A stretch of DNA of 39,398 nt, taken from positions 1-39,398 of IMG/VR virus record IMGVR_UViG_3300010167_000006; one strand, written 5' to 3'. The position numbers were made by a program, and so were the translations under genes. Below, one piece after another: positions 8,764 to 18,467 of this stretch (position 1 is its first letter; each line of letters opens with the position of its first letter). This DNA is from a virus. The notes under the pieces are model-generated. The model searched no databases and had not been told where the DNA came from. It saw nothing but the letters and a program-made list of their open reading frames with translations.

Positions 8764-10030
8764 GGCCAAATGGAAGGAATATGCGGAGCTGGTCGCGAAA
8801 CAGAAGGCTTTGCTGGATGCGAACAAGGACGGCCTGGACGAGGCGAAGGCCAAGGAGTTCGACGAGTTGCAAACGAAGCTGGACGCGCTGGCCAAGGAAA
8901 CCGAACGCTACGAAAAGATGGCGGAGAACGAGGAAAAGTCCAACGCGACCGTAACGAACCCGTTGCCTTTGCCCGTACCCGGAAACAACGACAAGCAGGC
9001 GGACGTATTGGACGACGGCGGGTTCGCCAGCCTCGGGGATTTCGTCAAGGCCGTGCGTTTCGGCGACTCCAAGGGCAGGCTGAACAAGGCCGACATGGTC
9101 GGCACGGACGACAACGGCAATAACGAGGGCGGGTTTCTGGTGCCCCCGAAGTATTCCGAGCAGATCCTATCGCTGGAAATAGAAGGCGCGTTCGTCAGGA
9201 ATTACGCGACCGTTTTGGGCGCGGATCCATCCACCCCGGACGCGAGGGTGACTATCCCCGCGATGGACTACTCCGTCAACAACTACGGCGGCGTGGCGGT
9301 GGACTGGGTGGAGGACGAAGGCGGGGAAAAGCCGCAGACGGACATGGCCATGACGATGGTAAACCTCGTCCCTCACGAGATCGCCGGATGGATAGCCGTA
9401 TCGGACAAGCTGCTGCGCAACAGCAGGGCCGCGGAGCCGATCATCACGCGAAATTTACGCGAGGCGCTGCTTTTCGCCGAACAGGACGCGTTTCTGCACG
9501 GCGACGGGGAGGGCAAACCTGCGGGCGTGCTCAGCGACGATAACAAGGCGCTGGTTTCCATAGCGCTCACCAAAGCCGGGACCGTCGGGTACAAGGACCT
9601 TATAACCATGCGCACGAGGATGACGCAGCCGAGCTACCAAAAGGCCGTATGGGTGGTCGACCAGTCGCAGATGCTGAACATATTGAGTTTGAAGGACGAC
9701 GCCGGCAACCTGATATACCTGCCCGGCACGATCACGACCGGAGGCGTGGACATGCTATTAGGCCGCCCGATCGTGTGGAGCAACGCAAACACGGGCATCG
9801 CCCTGATAGACTTCAGCGCGTACCTGGTACAGGACGGCGCGGGCATATACCTCGGCGCGTCGGAGCACGTCAGGTACACCAAAAACCAGACGGTAATCAA
9901 GATTTTCCGTTATGTGGACGGCGCGCCCTGGGTCGTGAACCTATTGAAGTTCCCCAACAAATTAGAGCTGTCGCCTTATGTATTGCTCAAGGGCACGATA
10001 ATAGAGGACGGGAAAAAGGCGGCGGAATAA
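8741..10030 (+). CDS. Major capsid protein (HK97 fold) with N-terminal coiled-coil delta domain
   Basis: 429 aa. Lys/Glu/Ala-rich helical N-terminus followed by the capsid body. Position after the protease. Confidence 0.85.
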   Translation: MNYKELAKAKWKEYAELVAKQKALLDANKDGLDEAKAKEFDELQTKLDALAKETERYEKMAENEEKSNATVTNPLPLPVPGNNDKQADVLDDGGFASLGDFVKAVRFGDSKGRLNKADMVGTDDNGNNEGGFLVPPKYSEQILSLEIEGAFVRNYATVLGADPSTPDARVTIPAMDYSVNNYGGVAVDWVEDEGGEKPQTDMAMTMVNLVPHEIAGWIAVSDKLLRNSRAAEPIITRNLREALLFAEQDAFLHGDGEGKPAGVLSDDNKALVSIALTKAGTVGYKDLITMRTRMTQPSYQKAVWVVDQSQMLNILSLKDDAGNLIYLPGTITTGGVDMLLGRPIVWSNANTGIALIDFSAYLVQDGAGIYLGASEHVRYTKNQTVIKIFRYVDGAPWVVNLLKFPNKLELSPYVLLKGTIIEDGKKAAE

Positions 10031-10057
10031 AACGAAGGCGGAAAGGCGGGCGGGCAT

Positions 10058-10471
10058 ATGCCGTTGAACGGGGATAGCGGAGATAAGGGCGGCATTGCCG
10101 CCGCGGTGAATCTGGAAACGGTCAAAAGGCATTGCCGCGTAGACCATGACGAGGACGACGAACTGTTGCTGGGATACCTGGAAGCTGCTGTCGAATACGC
10201 CGAAAAGTTCCAAACGAAAAACTACGAACGGACGTATGTAGATGGTAGACGGGCGGCATCGGGAACCGGGGGCGACGAGGGCGAAGCATCCACTGTTGAA
10301 GAAATGAGCTGGACGACAAGGCAAGCCGTGCTGATGATGGTTAACTACTGGTACGACAACAGGGATTTGAGCTGGACGAACACGGCTAATATATCTCAGA
10401 TGACGTCCCAGGACAGGACGATGCAGGCGGTACACAACCTGCTTTATTTTGACAGGACGGTACGGATATGA
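10058..10471 (+). CDS. Head-tail connector (gp6-like)
   Basis: LETVKRHCRVDHDEDDELLLGYLEAAVEYAE is the typical gp6-like connector N-terminal motif. Confidence 0.7.
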   Translation: MPLNGDSGDKGGIAAAVNLETVKRHCRVDHDEDDELLLGYLEAAVEYAEKFQTKNYERTYVDGRRAASGTGGDEGEASTVEEMSWTTRQAVLMMVNYWYDNRDLSWTNTANISQMTSQDRTMQAVHNLLYFDRTVRI

Positions 10472-10809
10472 CCACGGGGCAAATGCGCGAGATCATTTGC
10501 CTCATGGCTCCGAAGGATTCCGGGGACGCATATGTAAACGTGCCCGACGACCCGGATAATATGGAGTTGATCGCGAGGATCCGGGCGAAGAAGGAAGACA
10601 GGATATCGCCGGCGCTGTGGGGCCAGAAAGCGTTGGAAAGCAGGGACGCAAGACAATTCATCGTCAGGTACAGGGAACTTTACCGCAAGGGCGTAACGAA
10701 AATCGTACACGGTGAGGACGTCTACACGGTGACAGGAGACGCGGAGCTGGGCAACGGCAGGCAGTGGCTCGCGTTACTGGCGGAAAAGACGTCCTACAAG
10801 GGGATTTAA
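10468..10809 (+). CDS. Head closure / head-tail adaptor protein
   Basis: Size and position; ATGA-type overlap with the previous gene. Confidence 0.55.
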   Translation: MTTGQMREIICLMAPKDSGDAYVNVPDDPDNMELIARIRAKKEDRISPALWGQKALESRDARQFIVRYRELYRKGVTKIVHGEDVYTVTGDAELGNGRQWLALLAEKTSYKGI

Positions 10810-11228
10810 TGGGAAACAGCGTTACGTTTGACGAGGACGGGCTGGACCTTAACAGCTTTTTGTTGGGGATCGAAAACGAATGCGAAAAGTCGAGAGACGC
10901 TTGCTTGAAAGCGCTTGGCCAGGTCGCTATGGACAACGTAAAAAGAAACATGACTAAGTCCGAAAGGAAAGATAAAGAAGGCCAGGAAAGCGGAAGCGAA
11001 AGACCGCACATGAAAGACGACGTAAAGATGCAGATAAGATTTGACAAAATGGATTTAATAAAAAGTGCGGTAGTAAAGGGCGGCAAACGGACCGGAACGC
11101 TTTGGCATATCGTCAACGACGGGACGTACCGCAGCCGCGGCACGCATTTCATGGACCGCGCCCTCGCGGAGACCGATAACGTGGCGGAGGGGATAATCGA
11201 CGCCACGCTGGCGTTTTTGGAAGGCTAA
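10809..11228 (+). CDS. HK97 gp10-family head-tail joining protein
   Basis: TAATG overlap start at 10809. C-terminal WHIVNDGTYRSRGTHFMDRAL resembles the gp10-family motif. Confidence 0.6.
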   Translation: MGNSVTFDEDGLDLNSFLLGIENECEKSRDACLKALGQVAMDNVKRNMTKSERKDKEGQESGSERPHMKDDVKMQIRFDKMDLIKSAVVKGGKRTGTLWHIVNDGTYRSRGTHFMDRALAETDNVAEGIIDATLAFLEG

Positions 11229-11231
11229 AAT

Positions 11232-11621
11232 ATGGACCTTGTGGAATATTTTGAGGTGAAACTGAAAAAAATCGGGCTGCCGATCAAGTACCTTATCCGC
11301 CTGAAGCCGCCTTGCGTTTGTTTTGAGATATTCGACGAACAGGGCGCGCTTTTCGGCGACGGGACGGAAAAGGTAACTTCCGGCAGGCTGCAAGTGGATA
11401 TATTTTCGGCCAAAGCCAGCGATATGCGGGGTTTGCGAAAAAAAGCGATAAAGGCGGTGCTTGGGGAAGAAGAAGACGAAAATGTCAAAGCTTCCGAAAC
11501 CCTCGAAATTGTGATAATGAAGTCATATCCGGACGAAACGAAGTTTGAAGACGACGTGAAACTGTACCACCACGTCGTTGTTTTTAATTTTGAATATCTA
11601 ACCGAAAGCGAGGTTATATGA
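11232..11621 (+). CDS. Tail completion / tail terminator-like protein
   Basis: Position immediately upstream of the major tail protein; 129 aa. Confidence 0.5.
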   Translation: MDLVEYFEVKLKKIGLPIKYLIRLKPPCVCFEIFDEQGALFGDGTEKVTSGRLQVDIFSAKASDMRGLRKKAIKAVLGEEEDENVKASETLEIVIMKSYPDETKFEDDVKLYHHVVVFNFEYLTESEVI

Positions 11622-12298
11622 TGGACGATAAGACAAATCCGGGGTTTAGGATCAACGTAAAAAAAATGACGTTGTTCCCCCTTATAGAAGATTCGGAAGG
11701 GCAGGAAACGACGTACTCGGAGAAACCGGACACAATACCCGGAACTATGCAGCTGACCATAAAACCGAATCTGACCAGCGGAAAGCTGTACGGGGACGGC
11801 CATGTAAGGGACGAGCAGAACGTCGTCATGTCGTTGGATATAGATGTGGAGCACAATAAATGGCCATTGTCGTTAGTCGCGAAATACTCCGGCAGCGATA
11901 TTATAAAACACGGAGTACGAACTAACGTAAGCGACCAGCCTATAAATTTCGCGATGGGCTACTGCGTGGAACTGACCGGCGGAGGGGAAGAACTGACTTG
12001 GCTGTATAAGTGCAAGATCGCGCCGAGTGATAAAAACGCGCAGCAAAGGACCGAGAGTATAAATTATTCGACCGACAGATGGATCATAAAAGCTTTGCCC
12101 CTGGAGTATAACGGGGATATCAAATTTACAGTAGACACTTCGGACCCCGAAATGGGATTCACGACAGAAATGGCTAAAACATGGTTGGACGAGGTGCATG
12201 TCCTGCCGCCGAAGGGCGAGGAAACCGATCCGCCGGAAAGATACGCGACCGGACAAACGTCCGGACAAACGTCCGATAACGCCAAGATCGACGAGTAA
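11618..12298 (+). CDS. Major tail (tube) protein
   Basis: Position upstream of the chaperone pair and tape measure; 226 aa; no sheath gene present. Confidence 0.65.
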   Translation: MMDDKTNPGFRINVKKMTLFPLIEDSEGQETTYSEKPDTIPGTMQLTIKPNLTSGKLYGDGHVRDEQNVVMSLDIDVEHNKWPLSLVAKYSGSDIIKHGVRTNVSDQPINFAMGYCVELTGGGEELTWLYKCKIAPSDKNAQQRTESINYSTDRWIIKALPLEYNGDIKFTVDTSDPEMGFTTEMAKTWLDEVHVLPPKGEETDPPERYATGQTSGQTSDNAKIDE

Positions 12299-12306
12299 GC
12301 AGCCGG

Positions 12307-12708
12307 GTGCGAAAGGATATGACAGATAAAATGGCTAAAAGATTTGCGGTTAGGCCGGTGGAGCCTCTTATACTGGAGTTTGCGGACGGGACTGTCAAGG
12401 AGGCGGCGCTGACAAACGAAGCGTTGATGATTTTATTCGAGGAATTCGGCGATTTGGGCGATTTACTGGAATCCGAGATGACCAAGCCAATGGATTTTGC
12501 CGCGAAGATATTATACGCGGCGATGAAAGTGATGGATACCACGGTCACGCTGGAGATGGCCAAGACCGTGGTGCTGGGCGGCGGCGTGGAGTTGATGATG
12601 CAGGTATACGACATGTTTTCAGATAACCTCGGCACCATGTCCGAGGACGAGTTAAAAAAAAACTTGACGCCGATAGTGAACAAATACCTCAAAAAATTGC
12701 GCCAATAG
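12307..12708 (+). CDS. Tail assembly chaperone (gpG-like)
   Basis: Acidic 133-aa protein directly upstream of the tape measure. Contains a slippery heptamer near its 3' end. Confidence 0.7.
   Translation: MRKDMTDKMAKRFAVRPVEPLILEFADGTVKEAALTNEALMILFEEFGDLGDLLESEMTKPMDFAAKILYAAMKVMDTTVTLEMAKTVVLGGGVELMMQVYDMFSDNLGTMSEDELKKNLTPIVNKYLKKLRQ
12654..12660 (+). promoter_or_regulatory. Programmed -1 ribosomal frameshift slippery site A_AAA_AAA
   Basis: tt(A AAA AAA)aac in the zero frame of 12307..12708. The -1 frame is open from here through ATG 12711 to 12914. Confidence 0.65.
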
Positions 12709-12710
12709 AC

Positions 12711-12914
12711 ATGGACGCGCTGTACTACATCTACTGCGTCGTTTTGGGACAGCCGGAAGTCAGTTTTTATAAAGGATCGCTTAAAAAAGTAATTTACATG
12801 ATAGACAGGCACGCGGAGAGACTCGGGTATAACCCGCAAGGGTATTATCCTGACGGCGAAAGAATCATCGACGTAAACAGCATGCGCGATATAGACGCGC
12901 ACATAAGGGGTTAA
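12711..12914 (+). CDS. gpT-like extension, probably made as a G-T fusion by -1 frameshifting (fusion 12307..12660/12660..12914)
   Basis: The frame is -1 relative to the upstream chaperone and has no stop between 12654 and 12914. Canonical location before the tape measure. Confidence 0.6.
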   Translation: MDALYYIYCVVLGQPEVSFYKGSLKKVIYMIDRHAERLGYNPQGYYPDGERIIDVNSMRDIDAHIRG

Positions 12915-12918
12915 AAGC

Positions 12919-15105
12919 ATGGCCGGATCGAAGGGTTATTCCCGGACAATTACAATAAATTTTGATTATACGCAGGTCACGGGCGGCGTCAAGGACGTCA
13001 ACAAGCAAATGGCGCTGCTGGATTCCGAATACCGAAAAGCGTCCGAAGGCGCAAAGCTGTACGGAGGCGCGTCAGAACAAACCGTTATAAAACAGGAAGC
13101 CCTTACGCAAAAAGTAGGCCTCCAGTCCATTAAAGTGGACGAACTGAGAAAAAAATACGAGGAATACTCCGAAAAACTGGGCGAAAGCAATAACACCACT
13201 ATTAACGCCAAGACGAGTTACAATAACGCGGAAGCCGCGCTCGAAAAATTGAAGAAGCAGTTGGAGGCGGCCAACCGGGAAGTCGAGAAACAAGAGGGTT
13301 TTGTAGGAAACGTTATAACGAAGTTTAACGATTTTAAAACGAAGGCGAACGAAGTCGGAATAGACGTAGACAAATTGGCGGACAGTTTTTTAAAGGCGGG
13401 CACCATGCTGACGGGTGTCGGTATTTTATCAGCCAAGATGGCGATGGATTTTGACACCGAAATGGGTAAGGTAAGCGCGGCGACAGGCAGAACGGGCGAC
13501 GATCTGGATAAGCTCAAGGACATCGTCTTGAACACGTCGGACAAATACGGGATTGCAGCCGGGGAAATGGCCGCGGCAGCGCAGCGCGTCGCGTGGGATT
13601 GGGAAAACGCCGGGGAGAAGCTGGACAACGCCGCGAGGCTGTCAACCGTCAGCACGTCAAGTATGGTGGACTCGGTGAAGCTGCTGGAATCCGTGGCGAC
13701 GGCGTACGGGTCCACAATAGACGAACAGACCCAACTGGTGGACAAATTGGTGGTGGCGTACCAGCGCGGCGAGTTTTCGATGGGCGAACTGGGGCAGAGT
13801 TTCGGTCGGGTCGCATCCATCGCGGCGGAATCCGGGGTATCGATAGACGAATTGCTAGCCATAATATCGTCCGCGACGAACGTCGGGGCATCGGCGAGCG
13901 AAGCCGTGACAGGATTGAGGCAAGTCATCAGCTCAATTGTAAAACCATCGGCTGAAGCTAAAAAAATGGCGGATGAGCTCGGGATAGAATTCGACGCGCA
14001 GGCGCTAAAAAGCAAGGGACTCGCCGGGGTTTTGGATACCGTGCGCGTGGCGACGCGGGGCAATACGGACGATATGGCTAAATTATTCGGAAACGTCAAC
14101 GCATTGGCGCAAATCATGTCTATAGCCGGCAGCGACAACGCTTATTACAAGGATTCGCTTTTATTAATAAAAGACGCGGCGGGCCAAACGGATACGGTGC
14201 TCGAGGCGATGAACACGCCCGCAAAACATTTAAATGACGCGATAAACAGGCTGAAAAACGCTTTTATCGATACTGGCGGATCGCTCCAATGGATAGTGGA
14301 GGTCGCGGCGAAATTATTAAATAGATTAGCCAGCATATCGCCCGCCGCGGTTAAAACCGGCACGGCGATAGGACTTTTGTTAGTTGTATTAGGCGGGGGA
14401 TTTAAAGTATTGACTACTATGTCGACCATGCTTCAAACGCTTGCTACATTAAAAATGTTTTTTACAAAGCAGGTCATCGCAAACACGACGGCGCAAACGT
14501 TCAACACCGCCGCAAATACGGCCAACTCGACAAGTCAGGTTGTCGGCGCGGCAACTGGTAAAGTTTTAACGACTACGAACACGATGCTGGGTATCAGCTT
14601 TCAAAGGTTATTGATACCGATGCTTATAATTTTGGCAATTATCGCCGCGATAGTCACGGCTTACATACTTTTAAGTAAAAAATCGAAAAACGCGGCGAAC
14701 GACGTATCCAATTCAAACGATGAAATCAGAAAATCCATGGAGGATACGCAAAATTATTGGAAATATCAATCCTCCTCAAATCGCGGAGGCATTACCGGCG
14801 CACCGCAATGGTCCGGTTACAGCAACGCCAGGGGCACGTCATATTCGCGGGGCGAGCGGTCGCTGGTGGGCGAAGAAGGCCCGGAGCTGGTGGACCTGCC
14901 GCAGGGGTCGCAGGTGAGAACGGCTGCAGTTACACGCGGGATGATGTATAACAGATCGCTTGCCGGGAATAAAAACGCGTCCGGATCGGAAATGGTGCAG
15001 AATAATTATCTACAGGTAAAATTTGAGGATATCGACCAGGTATATAAACTGACGCAGCTTTTTGAGGATTTTGCGCATAACGTGATAGTGGTCGAAGGAG
15101 TGTAA
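12919..15105 (+). CDS. Tail tape measure protein
   Basis: 728 aa; helical N-terminus, Ala/Gly-rich core, hydrophobic segments; canonical position. Confidence 0.85.
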   Translation: MAGSKGYSRTITINFDYTQVTGGVKDVNKQMALLDSEYRKASEGAKLYGGASEQTVIKQEALTQKVGLQSIKVDELRKKYEEYSEKLGESNNTTINAKTSYNNAEAALEKLKKQLEAANREVEKQEGFVGNVITKFNDFKTKANEVGIDVDKLADSFLKAGTMLTGVGILSAKMAMDFDTEMGKVSAATGRTGDDLDKLKDIVLNTSDKYGIAAGEMAAAAQRVAWDWENAGEKLDNAARLSTVSTSSMVDSVKLLESVATAYGSTIDEQTQLVDKLVVAYQRGEFSMGELGQSFGRVASIAAESGVSIDELLAIISSATNVGASASEAVTGLRQVISSIVKPSAEAKKMADELGIEFDAQALKSKGLAGVLDTVRVATRGNTDDMAKLFGNVNALAQIMSIAGSDNAYYKDSLLLIKDAAGQTDTVLEAMNTPAKHLNDAINRLKNAFIDTGGSLQWIVEVAAKLLNRLASISPAAVKTGTAIGLLLVVLGGGFKVLTTMSTMLQTLATLKMFFTKQVIANTTAQTFNTAANTANSTSQVVGAATGKVLTTTNTMLGISFQRLLIPMLIILAIIAAIVTAYILLSKKSKNAANDVSNSNDEIRKSMEDTQNYWKYQSSSNRGGITGAPQWSGYSNARGTSYSRGERSLVGEEGPELVDLPQGSQVRTAAVTRGMMYNRSLAGNKNASGSEMVQNNYLQVKFEDIDQVYKLTQLFEDFAHNVIVVEGV

Positions 15106-15106
15106 T

Positions 15107-17119
15107 ATGGCGGTAATTACATGCCCGCGACAAGGCTGGACCAGCGGCAGGATTTACATGTCCCATGCGATGGTAAACGGCTCATGGACTTATATCTCGT
15201 ACGGCAGCCGGATCAATTTTGACATATCGCAGTTAAGCAACAAGGTTGTAAAACTGGACAGCCTGCGGCTGATAGGGCGGGCGACCGTAACATCCGTACT
15301 CGATAACAGTGTTTGGGGCCCGAGCCCCGCAAGGCCGACGGTAAACGTATTTTATAAAGACACGGGACGAAACACGTCTTTAATCACGAGTTATCAAAAG
15401 GGCACCATCGATATAAACGTCAATCTGACTTCGTTACTGCCGAAAGTTTCGTTTATACAAGACTCCATTCAAAGCATATGGAATGAGATAAATTTTAGCA
15501 ACCATCCGTTGGGGTGGAACGACAGCGTAACGTACCAAAACAATTTAGTTTTGGAGTTCACCGGCACCTTTGAAAATTACGCCCCGTTGGCGCCCACGTT
15601 TTTGTCGCCGACGGCTCCGCAAAGCCCCGTTTTATCAATCAGATTCTCCTGGATTTTTAACGACGTGCCCGGAAGCCCCTTCAAGCAGACCGGATCGCAA
15701 TTGGAATATACCGAATCCGGCAAGCAACCGGTCACGGTAAATATATCGGGCGCGACAAACCAATATACAATGCCGGCGAACACCTTTACCGCGGGTTCGG
15801 TATCCTTCCGCGTCCGCAGCAGCTGTAACGGCGTTTGGGGGCCGTGGTCCTCCACCGCTTCTTTTACCTTAACCGACGCGTCGCCTTTAAAACCGGTTTT
15901 GATTTATCCCCTGAACGTATCGGTAAACGGGGCGAATGGGGTTTTGCTGGAGTGGCGCTATAACAGCTCTTTCGATACGTTTCCGACGCGTTTCGATATA
16001 CGGTACAGGTTGGACGGCGGAAATTGGATAACTAAAACCAACAACAGCTCCGGAAGCACGCCCGCGAACAACTCCGTAATGACGGACCCGATCGTAACGC
16101 AAAACCGCGTCGAATGGCAGGTGCAGGCACGAGGCTTAACGGGCACCACAGGCCCGTGGTCTGACGTCGGGCAGTTTAACACCGTGGGCGTACCCGACGC
16201 GCCCGTTATAGTAAACGTCAGCAACTCAAACCTTCCGACAGTAACCTTTTCCGCGTCCAGCATAAGGAGCTGGGAACTCGAAGTTTTACAAAACAACAAC
16301 ATTTTTTACGCCACGGGCGTAAGAGCTTTTATAAATGAATTCACCCACAAGATAACCCGGATAATAGAAAACGGCAATTACCTCGCGCGTATGCGGGTAA
16401 CGAACGTGCACGGGTTAAATTCCGCGTGGGGATTTTTGGCTTTTAATATCGAGGCGTACGCGCCGGAGCCGTTAACGCTAAGTATCACATGCAATCAACG
16501 TCTTTTTATAAGGCTGCATTTTAATAACGCCGAAGAGAAGACGGTCTATGTTTACCGGTCCGTAACGGGGAAAAACGAATACCTGCGGATCGCAACATTA
16601 AGGCAAAGCGTGTTTGACGATTACACGGTAAGGCCCAAACAGCGCTATGAATACTTCGTCCGCGTTTTAAACGACGAGTATAATTTTGCGGACAGTAACA
16701 AAGTAACGGGATCTGTATCCTTTTCGGAAACGGTTATCGCCGAACAGGATAACCCGCATAAAATGATAAAATTCTTGTACCAACTGGACAACACGCCGAG
16801 TAAAAACGTGTCGTTCGACTTTAATAAAACGTTAACGAATTTTATTGGACGGGAAAGCCCCGTTTTACAAATCGGTAGTTTTTCGAGTAAGACCGCAAAT
16901 TTTGCATTTTTTTGTAAAGTTTCGGAATATGAAAAACTTGAAAATTTTCATAAAAACAAAAAAGTTTTAGTTTTGAGGGATCGGCGAGTTGGCGTTATCT
17001 ACGGGACGATAATCAGCCAAATAAGCGTTGCGATGAATACCAACCCAGCGTACAGGGACATGTGCTCGATATCCTTTTCATTCGTTCAGACGGATCATAT
17101 CGAGGAAGTGGAATTGTAA
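15107..17119 (+). CDS. Distal tail protein (Dit)-like with FN3/Ig-like repeat extensions
   Basis: First gene after the tape measure. Repeated W..W / GPWS motifs suggest FN3-like domains. Confidence 0.55.
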   Translation: MAVITCPRQGWTSGRIYMSHAMVNGSWTYISYGSRINFDISQLSNKVVKLDSLRLIGRATVTSVLDNSVWGPSPARPTVNVFYKDTGRNTSLITSYQKGTIDINVNLTSLLPKVSFIQDSIQSIWNEINFSNHPLGWNDSVTYQNNLVLEFTGTFENYAPLAPTFLSPTAPQSPVLSIRFSWIFNDVPGSPFKQTGSQLEYTESGKQPVTVNISGATNQYTMPANTFTAGSVSFRVRSSCNGVWGPWSSTASFTLTDASPLKPVLIYPLNVSVNGANGVLLEWRYNSSFDTFPTRFDIRYRLDGGNWITKTNNSSGSTPANNSVMTDPIVTQNRVEWQVQARGLTGTTGPWSDVGQFNTVGVPDAPVIVNVSNSNLPTVTFSASSIRSWELEVLQNNNIFYATGVRAFINEFTHKITRIIENGNYLARMRVTNVHGLNSAWGFLAFNIEAYAPEPLTLSITCNQRLFIRLHFNNAEEKTVYVYRSVTGKNEYLRIATLRQSVFDDYTVRPKQRYEYFVRVLNDEYNFADSNKVTGSVSFSETVIAEQDNPHKMIKFLYQLDNTPSKNVSFDFNKTLTNFIGRESPVLQIGSFSSKTANFAFFCKVSEYEKLENFHKNKKVLVLRDRRVGVIYGTIISQISVAMNTNPAYRDMCSISFSFVQTDHIEEVEL

Positions 17120-18234
17120 TGAATAACTTAAGCAATTATTCAAACAATCAAATAAAGGACGCTCTATTTTTTAAAGATGGAGTCAGAAATATATCGTTTA
17201 AGTATGACCTGATGGACCTTAACGATATAAAAATTGGCGAACTGGACGGGATAACCGGTAAAGTATCATTCGGCGAGTTTAGGACCATAAAAAGGTCAGC
17301 GACTTTTCAATTAAACGAGTATTTGCAAAAGGAAATTAACTATTTTACCGACCAGATACAGCCCTGGTTTATCCTTCATATGCCCGACGGCGGCGCGGTG
17401 GAGTGGCCGTTGGGGATTTTTATGTTGGAATCCCCAAACCGCATAACCAAGGACCATATATCCACAAGGGAGATAGGCGCATACGATAAAACGCTGGTGA
17501 TAGAAGAGGATAAGTTTATGAACCGTTACTTTATCGCATCGGGCGCTAACTATGTTGGGGCGATCGTAAGGATTTTGAATGAAACAGGTATAACCAAAGT
17601 ATCTATAACCAGCAGCAACTTTTCCCTTTCATCGGAAAGGGAATTTTCAATAGGTACGAAAAAAAAAGAAGCCATAAACGACTTACTACAGGAGATAAAC
17701 TACACGTCCATCGGAGTGGACGAAAACGGCTACTTTTTTTCCCGGCCATACATAGAACCGGCGTATAGACCGGTAACGCACGAATATAATGAAGAGAAAA
17801 ACAGCATATTCCACCCGGAATATACGGAAAACCTTGAAATTGCGGGCAGGGCGAACGTTTTTATCAGGATAGCCATGGATTTGACAAACGAACAGGAGTA
17901 CGTTTCGCAATTTATAAACGACGATATTTTATCTCCATTATCAACGGTCAACAGGGGTAGGCATATCGTGGATTTTGAGGAGGTGGACGGCATCGCAAAT
18001 CAAACAGTGCTCGACGATTTTGTAAAACGGATCGCAATCGAAAGCACGTCCGCGTACAGTCACCTAACCTTCGATACCGCGCTTATCCCGACGCACGGAA
18101 GCGCCGAAACCCTGTACTTAAATATTCCGTCCGTATTTGATACCCCGCAACTGTTTTCGGAAACGTCCTGGGATATGGACTTAACGTATGACGGTAAAAT
18201 GAAGCACGAAGCGCGAAAGGTCGTTTATCTGTGA
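17119..18234 (+). CDS. Tail-associated / baseplate hub (Tal-like) protein
   Basis: TAATG overlap start. Second gene after the tape measure. Confidence 0.5.
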   Translation: MNNLSNYSNNQIKDALFFKDGVRNISFKYDLMDLNDIKIGELDGITGKVSFGEFRTIKRSATFQLNEYLQKEINYFTDQIQPWFILHMPDGGAVEWPLGIFMLESPNRITKDHISTREIGAYDKTLVIEEDKFMNRYFIASGANYVGAIVRILNETGITKVSITSSNFSLSSEREFSIGTKKKEAINDLLQEINYTSIGVDENGYFFSRPYIEPAYRPVTHEYNEEKNSIFHPEYTENLEIAGRANVFIRIAMDLTNEQEYVSQFINDDILSPLSTVNRGRHIVDFEEVDGIANQTVLDDFVKRIAIESTSAYSHLTFDTALIPTHGSAETLYLNIPSVFDTPQLFSETSWDMDLTYDGKMKHEARKVVYL

Positions 18235-18467
18235 TACCCACAAAAAACCAGTTTTGGAAAGACCGTCTGTCAGGGAAAAGAAACAATAAAACGGTGAAGG
18301 TTGAATATGCTGAAGTTATGAGCATATCCAACGGAAACCCGACGATCAAGTTTATAGGAGAAGAATTGCCCAGCAGCAAAAAGTTTAAATTATTAAAAAG
18401 TTACACTCCGGCAATTGGCGAATGGGTACAGATAGTGGACGACGTAATACAGGGAGGATTGAAGTAA
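18231..18467 (+). CDS. Small tail-tip protein, unknown function
   Basis: Translationally coupled on both sides (overlaps at 18231 and 18467). Confidence 0.5.
   Translation: MIPTKNQFWKDRLSGKRNNKTVKVEYAEVMSISNGNPTIKFIGEELPSSKKFKLLKSYTPAIGEWVQIVDDVIQGGLK

Noticed and set aside
13218-14138. 306-aa reverse-strand ORF inside the tape measure gene
   Set aside because: It is antisense to an obvious tape measure protein. Its Ser/Ala-rich composition mirrors the sense-strand codons.
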